Program-made: the position numbers and the translations under genes
The notes under the pieces: generated by a model
Told to the model about the DNA's origin: nothing
Seen by the model: only the letters and a program-made list of their open reading frames with translations
Database searches by the model: none
From: Chloroflexota bacterium
Lineage (GTDB): Bacteria; Chloroflexota; Limnocylindria; Limnocylindrales; Limnocylindraceae
DNA: 51,545 nt
Direction: 5' to 3'
Assembly: GCA_038145565.1 (NCBI GenBank)
Contig: JAYQPX010000001.1
Coordinates: 74,255 to 125,799 of the forward strand
Shown here: positions 18,361-27,417 of the stretch, one piece after another
Layout: every line of letters begins with the position of its first letter
How positions within the stretch are numbered: position 1 is the stretch's first letter

Positions 18361-19100
18361 GTCGCAACACCAGCGACTCGGTGGAAGAGTTTCTGGTCCA
18401 CGCTCCCCTGCAACACATGAATGAGCGTCGCGGGGCGAAGGCCGAGTGTGGCACGACCGATCGGGCCATCGAGGGTGAGTGAGTCCAACGAACTGCTACG
18501 GGAGAGGACCGAGACTGGCGCACCTGGCACGAGTCCGCGAGCTTCGAGATAGCTGAGTAGCGCGCCATCCGCCTCGGCCGCCTCCGTCACTCGATAGATC
18601 GTTGCCACCTCACCCGCCTCCAACTCTGCGAGCGGTCTCCCCTTCGGTCGGCGCGCCTCCGCTGCGCGATCAATCGGGTTCCCGTGCGGGCAGGTCTGAG
18701 GGTGGCCAAGCATCTCGTCGAGACGCCCTTCGAGCGCTGGCGAGATCACCGCGTGCAGACGTCGTGCCTCCGCGTCCGCTGCCGCCCACGAGAGTCCAAC
18801 GACTCCTGTAAGCAACCACTCAAGGAGTGCATGTCGCTTGAAGATTGCATCGGCCGCCGCCTCGCCTGCCGCGGTGAGCTTCCAGAGTCGCGCATGTCCG
18901 GTGCACCCTGCAATCAGCTTGTCATCCGCGAGGCGTTTGAACATCTCTGCGGCCGCCTGCTTGCTCACTTCAAGGTCTTTTGCAACCAGCGAAGGGGTGA
19001 CGCCTTCAGCATCAGGATGCGAGCGAAAGGTGAGGATGTACTCCTGTGCGGCGGCCGAGAGGGCCGCACGAGTGGAACCTGCGCGCGTTGAGGAGACCAT
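18357..19100 (-). CDS. DtxR/MntR-family transcriptional regulator with C-terminal FeoA/SH3-like domain
   Basis: Winged HTH, then LTAAG..AA..IFKRH.LLE, CPHGNPI and a FeoA-like LSYLEARGLVPG. The metal ligands are atypical (see findings). Confidence 0.88.
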   Translation of the reverse strand: MVSSTRAGSTRAALSAAAQEYILTFRSHPDAEGVTPSLVAKDLEVSKQAAAEMFKRLADDKLIAGCTGHARLWKLTAAGEAAADAIFKRHALLEWLLTGVVGLSWAAADAEARRLHAVISPALEGRLDEMLGHPQTCPHGNPIDRAAEARRPKGRPLAELEAGEVATIYRVTEAAEADGALLSYLEARGLVPGAPVSVLSRSSSLDSLTLDGPIGRATLGLRPATLIHVLQGSVDQKLFHRVAGVAT

Positions 19101-19109
19101 GCCTGAATC

Positions 19110-20036
19110 CTACCCCGCGTCCTGCTCGAACCCTGCGTCGCGCGCCAGCCACGGTCGCGGTGAGAGTCGTCCACTCCAAGAGAGGAGCGCGGTGCAAAGA
19201 TAGGCGGAGGCCCAGATGAGCGCCACCACGAGACCGACCCCTTCTGTCGACGGGAGTGGGAGCCCAAACGTCGCGGCAAGAGACCAGGGGAGGGCGACGA
19301 CCAGCAGTCCAACGCTCCCGCGGGTGCCCGACCAGGCGAAACGCGGCGCGAGCACCAAGAGACCAAAGAGCAGCAGCTCAACCGCGACCCCAGGAAGGAG
19401 CGACTCGGCAGCGAGGAGCGGAGCCCATGCAACGAGCGCGTTGAAGAGTCGCCACTCCGTTCGCGGCCACTCCGCAACAGGGCCGCCCTCCGCGCTTCCA
19501 GTTCCTGCCGCATAAGACTGGCGTGTCGGTCGTGCATCACGACGGATCGGTCGTTTCCCACGCGCCCGATACTCCGCACCGTGCTTTCGCGGGTCTGCAT
19601 ACTCTTTTGGATTGACGCGCCAGTACGTTCCAGAGTCTGCTCCAACCCACTGTGCACCGTCCCATACCTGATCTCCATCACTTGCGCTGGTTCCGTCATA
19701 TGTGGTCGAGCCGGGCCGCGCTCGTGGAGGCTCCGTATCGTGATCTCGCGCCGGCTCCTGAGGCGGCGTTGCACGACGCGGGCGTACTCGAGGAGGCGGG
19801 GCAAGTCGTGTCGCCGCTGGTCCGTGTCGATTCGCTGCGATCGCTTCGGCGAGCGCCACTTCGTAGGCTTCCGTCAAACGGGCGAACGCCGCCGGCTTTG
19901 ACTTCCCACCAACAGCATCAGGGTGCAGCGACTTTGCAAGGTTTCGATAGGCGCGTTTTACACTCTCCACGGTCGGCGCAGGTGCAAGGCCGAGGACCTG
20001 CCATGCGTCGCCCGCTCGCATCCGCGCCCGCGACAC
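19110..20036 (-). CDS. J-domain protein with C-terminal membrane helices
   Basis: VLGL...VKRAYRNLAKSLHPD...F..LTEAYE, followed by a hydrophobic C-terminus. Confidence 0.8.
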   Translation of the reverse strand: MSRARMRAGDAWQVLGLAPAPTVESVKRAYRNLAKSLHPDAVGGKSKPAAFARLTEAYEVALAEAIAANRHGPAATRLAPPPRVRPRRATPPQEPARDHDTEPPRARPGSTTYDGTSASDGDQVWDGAQWVGADSGTYWRVNPKEYADPRKHGAEYRARGKRPIRRDARPTRQSYAAGTGSAEGGPVAEWPRTEWRLFNALVAWAPLLAAESLLPGVAVELLLFGLLVLAPRFAWSGTRGSVGLLVVALPWSLAATFGLPLPSTEGVGLVVALIWASAYLCTALLSWSGRLSPRPWLARDAGFEQDAG

Positions 20037-20038
20037 CG

Positions 20039-21079
20039 TTAGCTCAAACGAAGCGCGTCAAAGGCGCTCGTCGCCTCTGCACTGGCAAGCGCCGAACCGC
20101 CGCGCGGATCTGGGAGTTGCACCGTCCGATGAAGGTCGAGTGTTGTGGAACTCGCAACCGCGGCGCCCGCGGCGCGTAGTGCTGCAACGGTCGCAACGCG
20201 ACCAGCACGCGCGGCAGCATCGCCGTCGTCCGTGTGCAGCGCAAGTCCTATCCCTGGCGCGCCAACGAGACAGAGGCCTTCGGCCCCCTGTTTTGCCACC
20301 ACGACCCCATCTCCGCCACGGATGAGATCGGTGTCTAGGAATCCTCCGCCTGCAATCAGGCGCGGGTGCGCGATCGCCGCGGCGCGCACACGTTGCAACG
20401 CTTCGGTGAGTTCAGAGGAAAGTCCGGAACGTTCCGGGTTGGCCCAGCGGCGCGCTCCTTCGGCTGCAACCTGCAGCGGCACGGCGTACGTTGGGATCGC
20501 GCAGCCATCCATTCCCCACGGCGCGGCGCTCAGATCTGTGCCGAGTAACTCCCCGACCACGGCGCGGAGGCGCTGCTGAACTGGGTGTTCATAACCGTCG
20601 TAGCCACGTCCATCAACACCGAGCGCCTTCGCCAGCATGAGCAAAGAGAGATGCTGCCCAGAGCACATGTGTTGCAACAGGGTCCCAGTTGAGCCACTGC
20701 GGATCGGTGAGGGACGACCGTGCACGAGGAGATCAACGTCGAGTTCGTAGCGCCGGACCATCTCCTGAGCGACCGCAACATGCTCCTCAGATCCGGCATG
20801 GCTCGCTGAAGAGAGCGCAATCGCATCGCTACTCATGTCGCCTCCAGATGACTCCACCGCCATGAGCGCCGCAACCGCCGTGAATGGCTTGATTGCAGAA
20901 CGAAGCGAGATCAGTCGATCCGACGCACCGAGTGCGGCGCGCACTACTCCCCCGTCTCCAACAATGACCACGTCGCCACGGTGGTGCGCCTCAACGATCT
21001 CGCCCCGAACCACCTGGACGAGCACGGGGGCGGCCGGGCCAACACCGATAAACGTGCCACCCGCTGCAGGGGCAGACAT
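20039..21079 (-). CDS. Asparaginase II (Rhizobium AnsA-type, class 3) family protein
   Basis: Motifs RG..VEA.H.G, RSAIKPF, SASHAG...H, CSGQH, DGCAIP and AKQGAEG. Confidence 0.82.
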   Translation of the reverse strand: MSAPAAGGTFIGVGPAAPVLVQVVRGEIVEAHHRGDVVIVGDGGVVRAALGASDRLISLRSAIKPFTAVAALMAVESSGGDMSSDAIALSSASHAGSEEHVAVAQEMVRRYELDVDLLVHGRPSPIRSGSTGTLLQHMCSGQHLSLLMLAKALGVDGRGYDGYEHPVQQRLRAVVGELLGTDLSAAPWGMDGCAIPTYAVPLQVAAEGARRWANPERSGLSSELTEALQRVRAAAIAHPRLIAGGGFLDTDLIRGGDGVVVAKQGAEGLCLVGAPGIGLALHTDDGDAAARAGRVATVAALRAAGAAVASSTTLDLHRTVQLPDPRGGSALASAEATSAFDALRLS

Positions 21080-22419
21080 CAGGCGAGCCCGAGCGCGGCG
21101 TCGACCTCCGAGAGTCCGCGATCGATCACGTCAAAGGCGAAGTCCAACTCATCGTCGCTGATGTTGAGCGGAGGGTTCGTGAAGAAGCCGTTCCAGCGGA
21201 CGATTGTGTACAGCCCGTTGGCGCGGAAGAACTTTCCAAGTGCAGCCATCTCTGGCACCGTCTCGTTGAACCCCGCGATCGGCGTCCCGCTCTTCGGATC
21301 TCGCACGAGCTCCATGATCCCGAAGAGTCCGATGTTTCGGATAGGTCCAACACACGGGTGCTTCGCCTTCATTCGCTCATGGTGCGAACGCAGTTTCTTG
21401 CCGCTCTCCGCCGCACGCTCGATCAAACCATCTTCTTCGTACACATCAATTGTTGCGAGGGCCGTGGCGCAGGCGAGCGGATGACTGTTGTACGTGAGCC
21501 CTGCGCCGAACACCTTCTCGGCGAAGTGATCCGCTATGTGGCGGCGCATTCCGAGCGCACCAAGCTGCACGTAGGCACTCGTGAGCCCCTTCGCCATGGT
21601 GATCATGTCTGGGACCACGCCCCAGTGATCGATCGCGAACCACTTTCCAGTGCGACCGAATCCACCCATCACTTCGTCGGCGATGAGGAGGATGCCGTAG
21701 CGATCGCAAAGCTCGCGCATCCCTTGCATGTAGCCGTCTGGCGGAATGAGGATACCATTCGTGCCAACCACGCTCTCGATAATGATCGCCGCAATGGTGT
21801 GTGGACCTTCGAACTTGAGGATCTTCTCCGTTTCGGCGAGCACTTCTGCAGCTGGACGCGGCGCGTCAGCGCCGAACTCGTGGAAGTCTGGAATGCGGAA
21901 GACGCCGGGCATGCCTGGCTCCGTGAACCAGCGCCGCGGATCACCGGTCGCCGTAAGCGCCCCCGACGTGCCGCCGTGATATGAGCGGTATCGCGCGGCA
22001 ATCTTGTGACGTCCCGTGAAGAGTCGGGCGATGCGGAAGGCGTTCTCGACCGCTTCCGCGCCACCATTCGTGAAGAAGAAGGCGTCGATGTCGCCTGGGC
22101 AGAGCTCGGCGAGCTTTTGGCCGAGTCGCGCGCGCGGTTCGGTTGCCATAAAGGGATTCGCATAGGCGAGCTTCGCCGCCTGATCGGTGATCGCCTTCAG
22201 CACGCGCTCATCGCCGTGACCAATGTTCGTGCACATCAGTTGACTGTTGAAGTCGAGGAATTTGTCGCCCTCGGGTGTCCAGAACCACGAGCCCTTGGCG
22301 TGTTCGATGGGAATAGGGTTCGCTGCGGCCTGTGGTGACCACTCGGTCATGGTGTGGCGCTTCGAGAGAGCGACAATCTCGGCTCCGCTCATCCCGGTGC
22401 GAACGTTCACTGCCGCCAT
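21079..22419 (-). CDS. Class-III PLP aminotransferase (beta-alanine/taurine:2-oxoacid-like)
   Basis: Motifs DFNSQL, FFTNGGAEA, YRSYHG, GDPRR, DEVMGGFGRTG and MAKG. Start moved to ATG 22419, which has GAAGGGGG upstream. Confidence 0.9.
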   Translation of the reverse strand: MAAVNVRTGMSGAEIVALSKRHTMTEWSPQAAANPIPIEHAKGSWFWTPEGDKFLDFNSQLMCTNIGHGDERVLKAITDQAAKLAYANPFMATEPRARLGQKLAELCPGDIDAFFFTNGGAEAVENAFRIARLFTGRHKIAARYRSYHGGTSGALTATGDPRRWFTEPGMPGVFRIPDFHEFGADAPRPAAEVLAETEKILKFEGPHTIAAIIIESVVGTNGILIPPDGYMQGMRELCDRYGILLIADEVMGGFGRTGKWFAIDHWGVVPDMITMAKGLTSAYVQLGALGMRRHIADHFAEKVFGAGLTYNSHPLACATALATIDVYEEDGLIERAAESGKKLRSHHERMKAKHPCVGPIRNIGLFGIMELVRDPKSGTPIAGFNETVPEMAALGKFFRANGLYTIVRWNGFFTNPPLNISDDELDFAFDVIDRGLSEVDAALGLA

Positions 22420-22542
22420 GGGACCCCCTTCGCTGCCTCGGTCAAGCGACCGCGTACGAAGAGAATACCCGCCGTTGATGCACAGCGTGCGACACTTCCG
22501 CGCTCTGCGGCACAACCGCCACCCCTGCGGCAGAATGACGTC

Positions 22543-24021
22543 ATGCCAATGAGCATCGAGCACCTGGCCGCGCAGAATGCGCCCGAAACCCTGAAAAACT
22601 TCATCGCTGGCCGCTGGGTCGCATCATCCTCAAACGAGACGCTCGTCGTCCCAAACCCGGCCACTGAGCAGATCCTCGCGCACGTCCCCCTCTCAAACAC
22701 CGCCGACGTTGCCGCCGCCGTCGCAGGCGCGCGCGCCGCCGCCTTCGACTGGGGCGAGATGCCACCGCCCGAGCGCGCCACCTACCTCTTCAAACTACGT
22801 GAGGCGCTGCTGGACAATCGCGAAGCGCTGACCAAGCTCGTCACCACAGAGAACGGGAAGGTCTTCTCGGACGCGGCTGGTGAGGTTCGCCGCGGGATTG
22901 AGGTGGTCGACTTCGCTTGCGGCGCGCCAACGCTGCTGATGGGCCAGAACCTCGATCAGGTCTCGCGCGGGATCGATTCAGAGATGGTGCGCTTCCCCGT
23001 CGGTGTCGTCGCTGGGATCACCCCGTTCAACTTCCCCTTCATGGTGCCGATGTGGATGCTCCCACTCGCAATCGCCTGTGGGAACAGCTTCATCCTGAAG
23101 CCATCGGAGCGCACGCCGCTCTCGTCACAGCGCATCGTAGAGATCTGCGAAGAGGCAGGGATCCCAACGGGCGTTGTCAGCCTGGTCCACGGCGCCGTAG
23201 AGACGGTGACTGGCCTGATCAGCCACCCGGGCGTGGACGCGGTGAGCTTCGTCGGCTCCGAGCGAGTCGCACGAATCGTCTACGAGACCGCATCGAAAAA
23301 CGGGAAGCGCGTCCAGGCGCTGGGCGGCGCGAAGAACCACATCATCGCAATGCCGGACGCAGTGCTGGACCAGAGCGTGCCGAACATTGCCGAATCAGCC
23401 TTCGGCAACGCGGGGCAGCGATGCCTCGCAGGGTCTGTTCTCACCGTCGTTGGTGAGGCGCGCGAGCGGCTCCTCCCTAAGTTGGTCGAACATTCCGAGA
23501 CGATCAAGATGGGCTTCGGACTTGACGAAGGTGTCTCACTCGGCCCAGTCATTCGAGGCGACGCGCGGGAGCGCATCCATCGCCTCGTTGATGAAGGGCT
23601 CGCCGCCGGTGCCACAATGATTCGCGACGGCCGCGGAACTGGTCCCGCAACAGGATTCTTTGTCGGTCCGACATTGATCAGCATTGAAGAGAACTCGCCG
23701 CTCGCGCGCGAGGAGGTCTTCGGGCCGGTCCTCTCCGTCCTCTACGCGAAGGATCTGGACGAAGCGCTTCGCCTTATGGCGGAGACCAACGAGTACGGCA
23801 ACGCCGGCTCCATCTACACCGCCTCAGGGAAGGCGGCGCGTGAATTCAAGCGTCGCGCCACCTCAGGGATGCTCGGCGTCAATGTTGGAGTTGCCGCACC
23901 GATGGCCTTCTTCCCCTTCAGCGGCCGCAGGAAGAGCTTCTTCGGCGACCTGCATGCAACAGGACGTGACGGCGTGGAGTTTTACACGACGAAGAAAGTG
24001 ATCACCACCCGCTGGTTCTAG
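22543..24021 (+). CDS. mmsA: CoA-acylating (methyl)malonate-semialdehyde dehydrogenase
   Basis: Motifs ITPFNFP, LKPSE, KRVQALGGAKNH, AGQRCLA, EEVFGP, GVNVG and SFFGDLH. Confidence 0.93.
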   Translation: MPMSIEHLAAQNAPETLKNFIAGRWVASSSNETLVVPNPATEQILAHVPLSNTADVAAAVAGARAAAFDWGEMPPPERATYLFKLREALLDNREALTKLVTTENGKVFSDAAGEVRRGIEVVDFACGAPTLLMGQNLDQVSRGIDSEMVRFPVGVVAGITPFNFPFMVPMWMLPLAIACGNSFILKPSERTPLSSQRIVEICEEAGIPTGVVSLVHGAVETVTGLISHPGVDAVSFVGSERVARIVYETASKNGKRVQALGGAKNHIIAMPDAVLDQSVPNIAESAFGNAGQRCLAGSVLTVVGEARERLLPKLVEHSETIKMGFGLDEGVSLGPVIRGDARERIHRLVDEGLAAGATMIRDGRGTGPATGFFVGPTLISIEENSPLAREEVFGPVLSVLYAKDLDEALRLMAETNEYGNAGSIYTASGKAAREFKRRATSGMLGVNVGVAAPMAFFPFSGRRKSFFGDLHATGRDGVEFYTTKKVITTRWF

Positions 24022-24032
24022 CGCTGGTTCTA
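24010..24032 (+). repeat. Tandem 11-bp direct repeat CGCTGGTTCTA
   Basis: Exact copies at 24010-24020 and 24022-24032, straddling the mmsA stop. Confidence 0.8.
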
Positions 24033-24046
24033 CGTCTCGTCCGCTA

Positions 24047-24979
24047 CTAGAGAAGCGCGACGAGCTCCTGCACCGCATCTGCCGACTTCTTGAATGCGGC
24101 GCTCTCTTCAGGGGTCAGCGTGATCTCAATGATCTTCTCAATACCGCTCGCACCGATCACCACTGGCACCCCAACGTAGAGCCCCTGCACGCCGTATTCG
24201 CCCTCCAAGTACGCAGCGCATGGGATCAGGCGCCGACGATCGAGCAGGATGCTTTCCACCACCTCAAAGGTTGCCGCTGCCGGCGCGTAGAAGGCACTCC
24301 CCGTCTTGAGGAGCTCCACGATCTCTGCGCCACCGCTCCGCGTCCGCTTCACAATCGCCTCAATGCGCTCTGCGCTCATCATCTCTGGAAGCGGAATCCC
24401 GCCAACAGCGGAGTAACGTGGGAGTGGGACCATCGTGTCACCGTGTCCGCCAAGAACGAAGGCGCGCACATCTTCCACGCTGACCCCCGTCTCCATTGCG
24501 ATGAAGTGACGGAAGCGCGCCGAATCGAGCGTGCCGGCCATGCCGATCACGCGTTTCTTCGGGAAGCCCGAGGCCTTCAGCGCCACGTGGCACATTGCAT
24601 CAAGAGGATTCGTCACAATCACCAAGATCGCATCAGGTGAGCGCTTGGTCGCCTCGGTGACAACGCTGCGGACGATCCCTGCGTTCGTGTTGATCAGATC
24701 ATCGCGGCTCATCCCTGGCTTGCGGGCGATGCCGCTCGTGACCACGATGATGTCCGAACCCTTCGTGTCGTCGTAGTTGTTTGTGCCGATGATGCGGGCG
24801 TCGTGACCCATCACCGGCGCCGCTTCGGCGAGGTCGAGCCCCTTCCCCTGTGGAAGTCCCTCAACAATGTCAACGAGGATCACATCGGCGATGCCGGACT
24901 CGGCGATGCGCTGCGCGGTGGTGGCGCCAACATTCCCTGCGCCGATGACGGTGACCTTGCGTCGCTGGATCCCTGCCAT
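24047..24979 (-). CDS. mdh: Malate dehydrogenase (LDH-like tetrameric type)
   Basis: Motifs [28 protein letters not shown] and GGHGD. Confidence 0.96.
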   Translation of the reverse strand: MAGIQRRKVTVIGAGNVGATTAQRIAESGIADVILVDIVEGLPQGKGLDLAEAAPVMGHDARIIGTNNYDDTKGSDIIVVTSGIARKPGMSRDDLINTNAGIVRSVVTEATKRSPDAILVIVTNPLDAMCHVALKASGFPKKRVIGMAGTLDSARFRHFIAMETGVSVEDVRAFVLGGHGDTMVPLPRYSAVGGIPLPEMMSAERIEAIVKRTRSGGAEIVELLKTGSAFYAPAAATFEVVESILLDRRRLIPCAAYLEGEYGVQGLYVGVPVVIGASGIEKIIEITLTPEESAAFKKSADAVQELVALL

Positions 24980-25010
24980 ATCCCCTCCGCTTCTCCTGCT
25001 CTCGCGAATC

Positions 25011-25871
25011 CTAGCGCCGCGCCCGCCGCTTCGTCTGGGGACGCCTTACCCGTCCCTTCGCGGTACCCCTGCCCGGGATCACGGCGCGCAGGCGGAGCAC
25101 TGCAATCAGAAGCGTTACGAGGAGGATGCCGCCCATCACGAAGTACGCCGTAGGGACGTCGCCCAGGCGCCAGTTCTCCAAACGGAACCCTTCGAGAAGC
25201 AGTCGGGTGACGGAGTACCAGGCAAGCGCTGAGAGTCCAATGAGACCGGGCACGATTCGGCCCTTCAGCCGCTCCCCGAGCGCTGGCAAAATCAGTGCAC
25301 CAGCTAGGCCAGAGAGCGACTCATAAAGGAAGAGCGGATGGAATCGAGCCGTCTCGCCGATCGCGCTGCAGCTGGTCTCCGCCGTTCGGTAGGCGCACTC
25401 AATCGCGAGTCCCCATGGGAGATCGGTTGGGAGTCCGTAGAGCTCCTGGTTGAACCAGTTCCCCCACCGCGCAATCGCCTGCATCACCAAGATGGCGGGA
25501 CCTGCAACGTCCACCCAACCCCACGGTGACTGCTTCCAGCGACGCAGCAAGATCGCGAGCGCGATGGTGCCCGTGATGATTCCCCCAGGCGCACCGAGCC
25601 CCTCATATGGCGGTGTGAGTGCACCGATCGGATTCGCAGAGTAGCGATCCCAGGCGTCGATCACGTGATACAGGCGACCACCAACGAGCGCCGCAGCAGA
25701 GATGATGATCAGACCGTTGGCGATCAGCTCTGCATCTAGCCTCCGACGTTTCGCTTCACGAATCATGAATTGGTAGACGACGAAGAGCCCAACGGCGTAA
25801 AGGAGTCCGTACCAGCGAACCTCAAGCGGTCCAACCGAGAAGAGCACGGGATCTGGTGGGAGCGGTAGCAT
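25011..25871 (-). CDS. lgt: Prolipoprotein diacylglyceryl transferase
   Basis: Motifs [35 protein letters not shown] and HPLFLYES. Confidence 0.95.
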   Translation of the reverse strand: MLPLPPDPVLFSVGPLEVRWYGLLYAVGLFVVYQFMIREAKRRRLDAELIANGLIIISAAALVGGRLYHVIDAWDRYSANPIGALTPPYEGLGAPGGIITGTIALAILLRRWKQSPWGWVDVAGPAILVMQAIARWGNWFNQELYGLPTDLPWGLAIECAYRTAETSCSAIGETARFHPLFLYESLSGLAGALILPALGERLKGRIVPGLIGLSALAWYSVTRLLLEGFRLENWRLGDVPTAYFVMGGILLVTLLIAVLRLRAVIPGRGTAKGRVRRPQTKRRARR

Positions 25872-27023
25872 CTAGACGTTCACACCGATCAGGCTACCGA
25901 TCAGATACGTGATCCCAGCAGCCGCTATTCCAATCAGCAGTTGACGCGCACCTGAGTAGATTGCTGAACGACCAGTCAGCAGGCTCACGGAAGCTCCCAC
26001 CGCAAACAACGCGAAGCCTGTGAGTGCAATGCTCACCGCGAGTGCCGTATTGCCCGTCAGTAGTATGAACGGAAGAAGCGGCAGGAATGCACCAACGGCG
26101 AAGGCAAGGAACGAACCGATTGAGGCGCCCCATGGAGAGCCGAGCTCCTCTGGATCGAGTCCGAGCTCTTCGCGCACCAGTGTCTCCAGCGCAACTTTCG
26201 GATCGGACATCAACTGTTTCGCGATTGCTGCAGCCTCCACCTCACCGAAGCCGCGACCGCGATAGATTGCGGCAATCTCCTTCTCCTCTTCCTCAGGCAT
26301 GGCCTCGAGTTCAGCGCGCTCCAGTTCAATCTGGCGCTCAAGAACTTCGGTCTGACTGCGCATGGAGACGTACTCCCCAGCCGCCATGCTGAACGCACCC
26401 GCGAGCAGACCCGCGACTCCAGCGAGCACCACAAACGATCCGTCACCGCCGCTTGTTGCACCGGCGATGCCGAGCACCAGCGCTGCGTTGCTGACGAGTC
26501 CGTCGGAAACGCCGAAGATCGCTGCTCGCAGTGTGCCTCCACCGCCAGAGCGGTGCCACGGCTCACGCGCCTGCGTCTCAACGACAGCCGCACGGTGCGC
26601 GCTGGCCCCCTTGCCGCGAGCCGTCTGATCGAGTCCCTTCCAGATCTCAGCGTGCTTCGCCTCATCTTTGGCAATCTCGTGCACCTCCGGCACGTCACGG
26701 TGCGCCCCGTAGACGCCCTCTTCGAAACCTTCGAGCGCCTTCACGGCGTCGCTCACCGCGCGCGTGCCAAAGAGTCGTGCCAGGAGTGCGATCTGGCGGA
26801 CGCGCCAGCTGGGCCGCGCCGCAGGTGGCACCACTTCACCAAGGGATGTCAACTTCGCCTCCCAGATCGCGGCGTGGCGGCGCTCGCTCGCAGCAATGGA
26901 TTCAAACGCGGCGCGTCGCTGAGGGTCCTTCTCGATCGCAGCCAATCGGTCATACAGATAGATCGCGTCGCGCTCGAGGGCGAGCCCGGCAAGGCTGGCG
27001 GCGCGGTCTTTGATTGCTTGCAT
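25872..27023 (-). CDS. Ferritin/rubrerythrin-like + VIT1/CCC1 fusion (MbfA-like iron exporter)
   Basis: Two ExxH motifs (ERRH, EAKH) in the N-terminal domain. VIT1 motifs LRAAIFGVSDGL, AFSMAAGEYVS and REELG. Confidence 0.88.
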   Translation of the reverse strand: MQAIKDRAASLAGLALERDAIYLYDRLAAIEKDPQRRAAFESIAASERRHAAIWEAKLTSLGEVVPPAARPSWRVRQIALLARLFGTRAVSDAVKALEGFEEGVYGAHRDVPEVHEIAKDEAKHAEIWKGLDQTARGKGASAHRAAVVETQAREPWHRSGGGGTLRAAIFGVSDGLVSNAALVLGIAGATSGGDGSFVVLAGVAGLLAGAFSMAAGEYVSMRSQTEVLERQIELERAELEAMPEEEEKEIAAIYRGRGFGEVEAAAIAKQLMSDPKVALETLVREELGLDPEELGSPWGASIGSFLAFAVGAFLPLLPFILLTGNTALAVSIALTGFALFAVGASVSLLTGRSAIYSGARQLLIGIAAAGITYLIGSLIGVNV

Positions 27024-27080
27024 AGCCCCTCCCTCTCACCACATCCGGGCAGCGCGTCGAGGCAATCCTAGCCTGTCAGG

Positions 27081-27407
27081 CTAGGCGAGCTCGAGAAGCA
27101 CCCACCCTTCCGCATCAACGCTCACGGTATGCACGGTGAGCGGTTCCTCGGCCGGCGGATCCAGCGGCGCGCCAGTGAGCAGATCAAATCGTGAAAGGTG
27201 AAGGGGACAGGTGATCGTTGGCGTGACGGCGCCAGCCGGGGCAATGAAACCGCGATCAAGTTCGCAGTACTCGTGCGTGCATACGCCATCCACGGCGTAC
27301 AGGGTGCCGCCACGATTGACCACAAGGATTGCCTTGCCGTTCGGCCAGGCGAGGCGCGCGGTGCCGTCGGGGAGATCGGATGCGGGGAAGAGTCGTTTGC
27401 TCGGCAC
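27081..27407 (-). CDS. Rieske [2Fe-2S] ferredoxin
   Basis: CTH...CPLH.SRFD..TG ligand pattern. Likely GTG start at 27407, just after sufD. Confidence 0.88.
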   Translation of the reverse strand: MPSKRLFPASDLPDGTARLAWPNGKAILVVNRGGTLYAVDGVCTHEYCELDRGFIAPAGAVTPTITCPLHLSRFDLLTGAPLDPPAEEPLTVHTVSVDAEGWVLLELA

Positions 27408-27417
27408 GTGCGAGAAG

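Noticed and set aside
22488-22516. TGCAC-N3-GTGCG and GCACAA as an operator between the aminotransferase and mmsA
   Set aside because: Short, imperfect and GC-rich; could easily arise by chance without comparative data.
22354-22563. Apparent overlap of the aminotransferase and mmsA 5' ends
   Set aside because: ORF-finder extensions; better-supported starts are 22419 (-) and 22543 (+).
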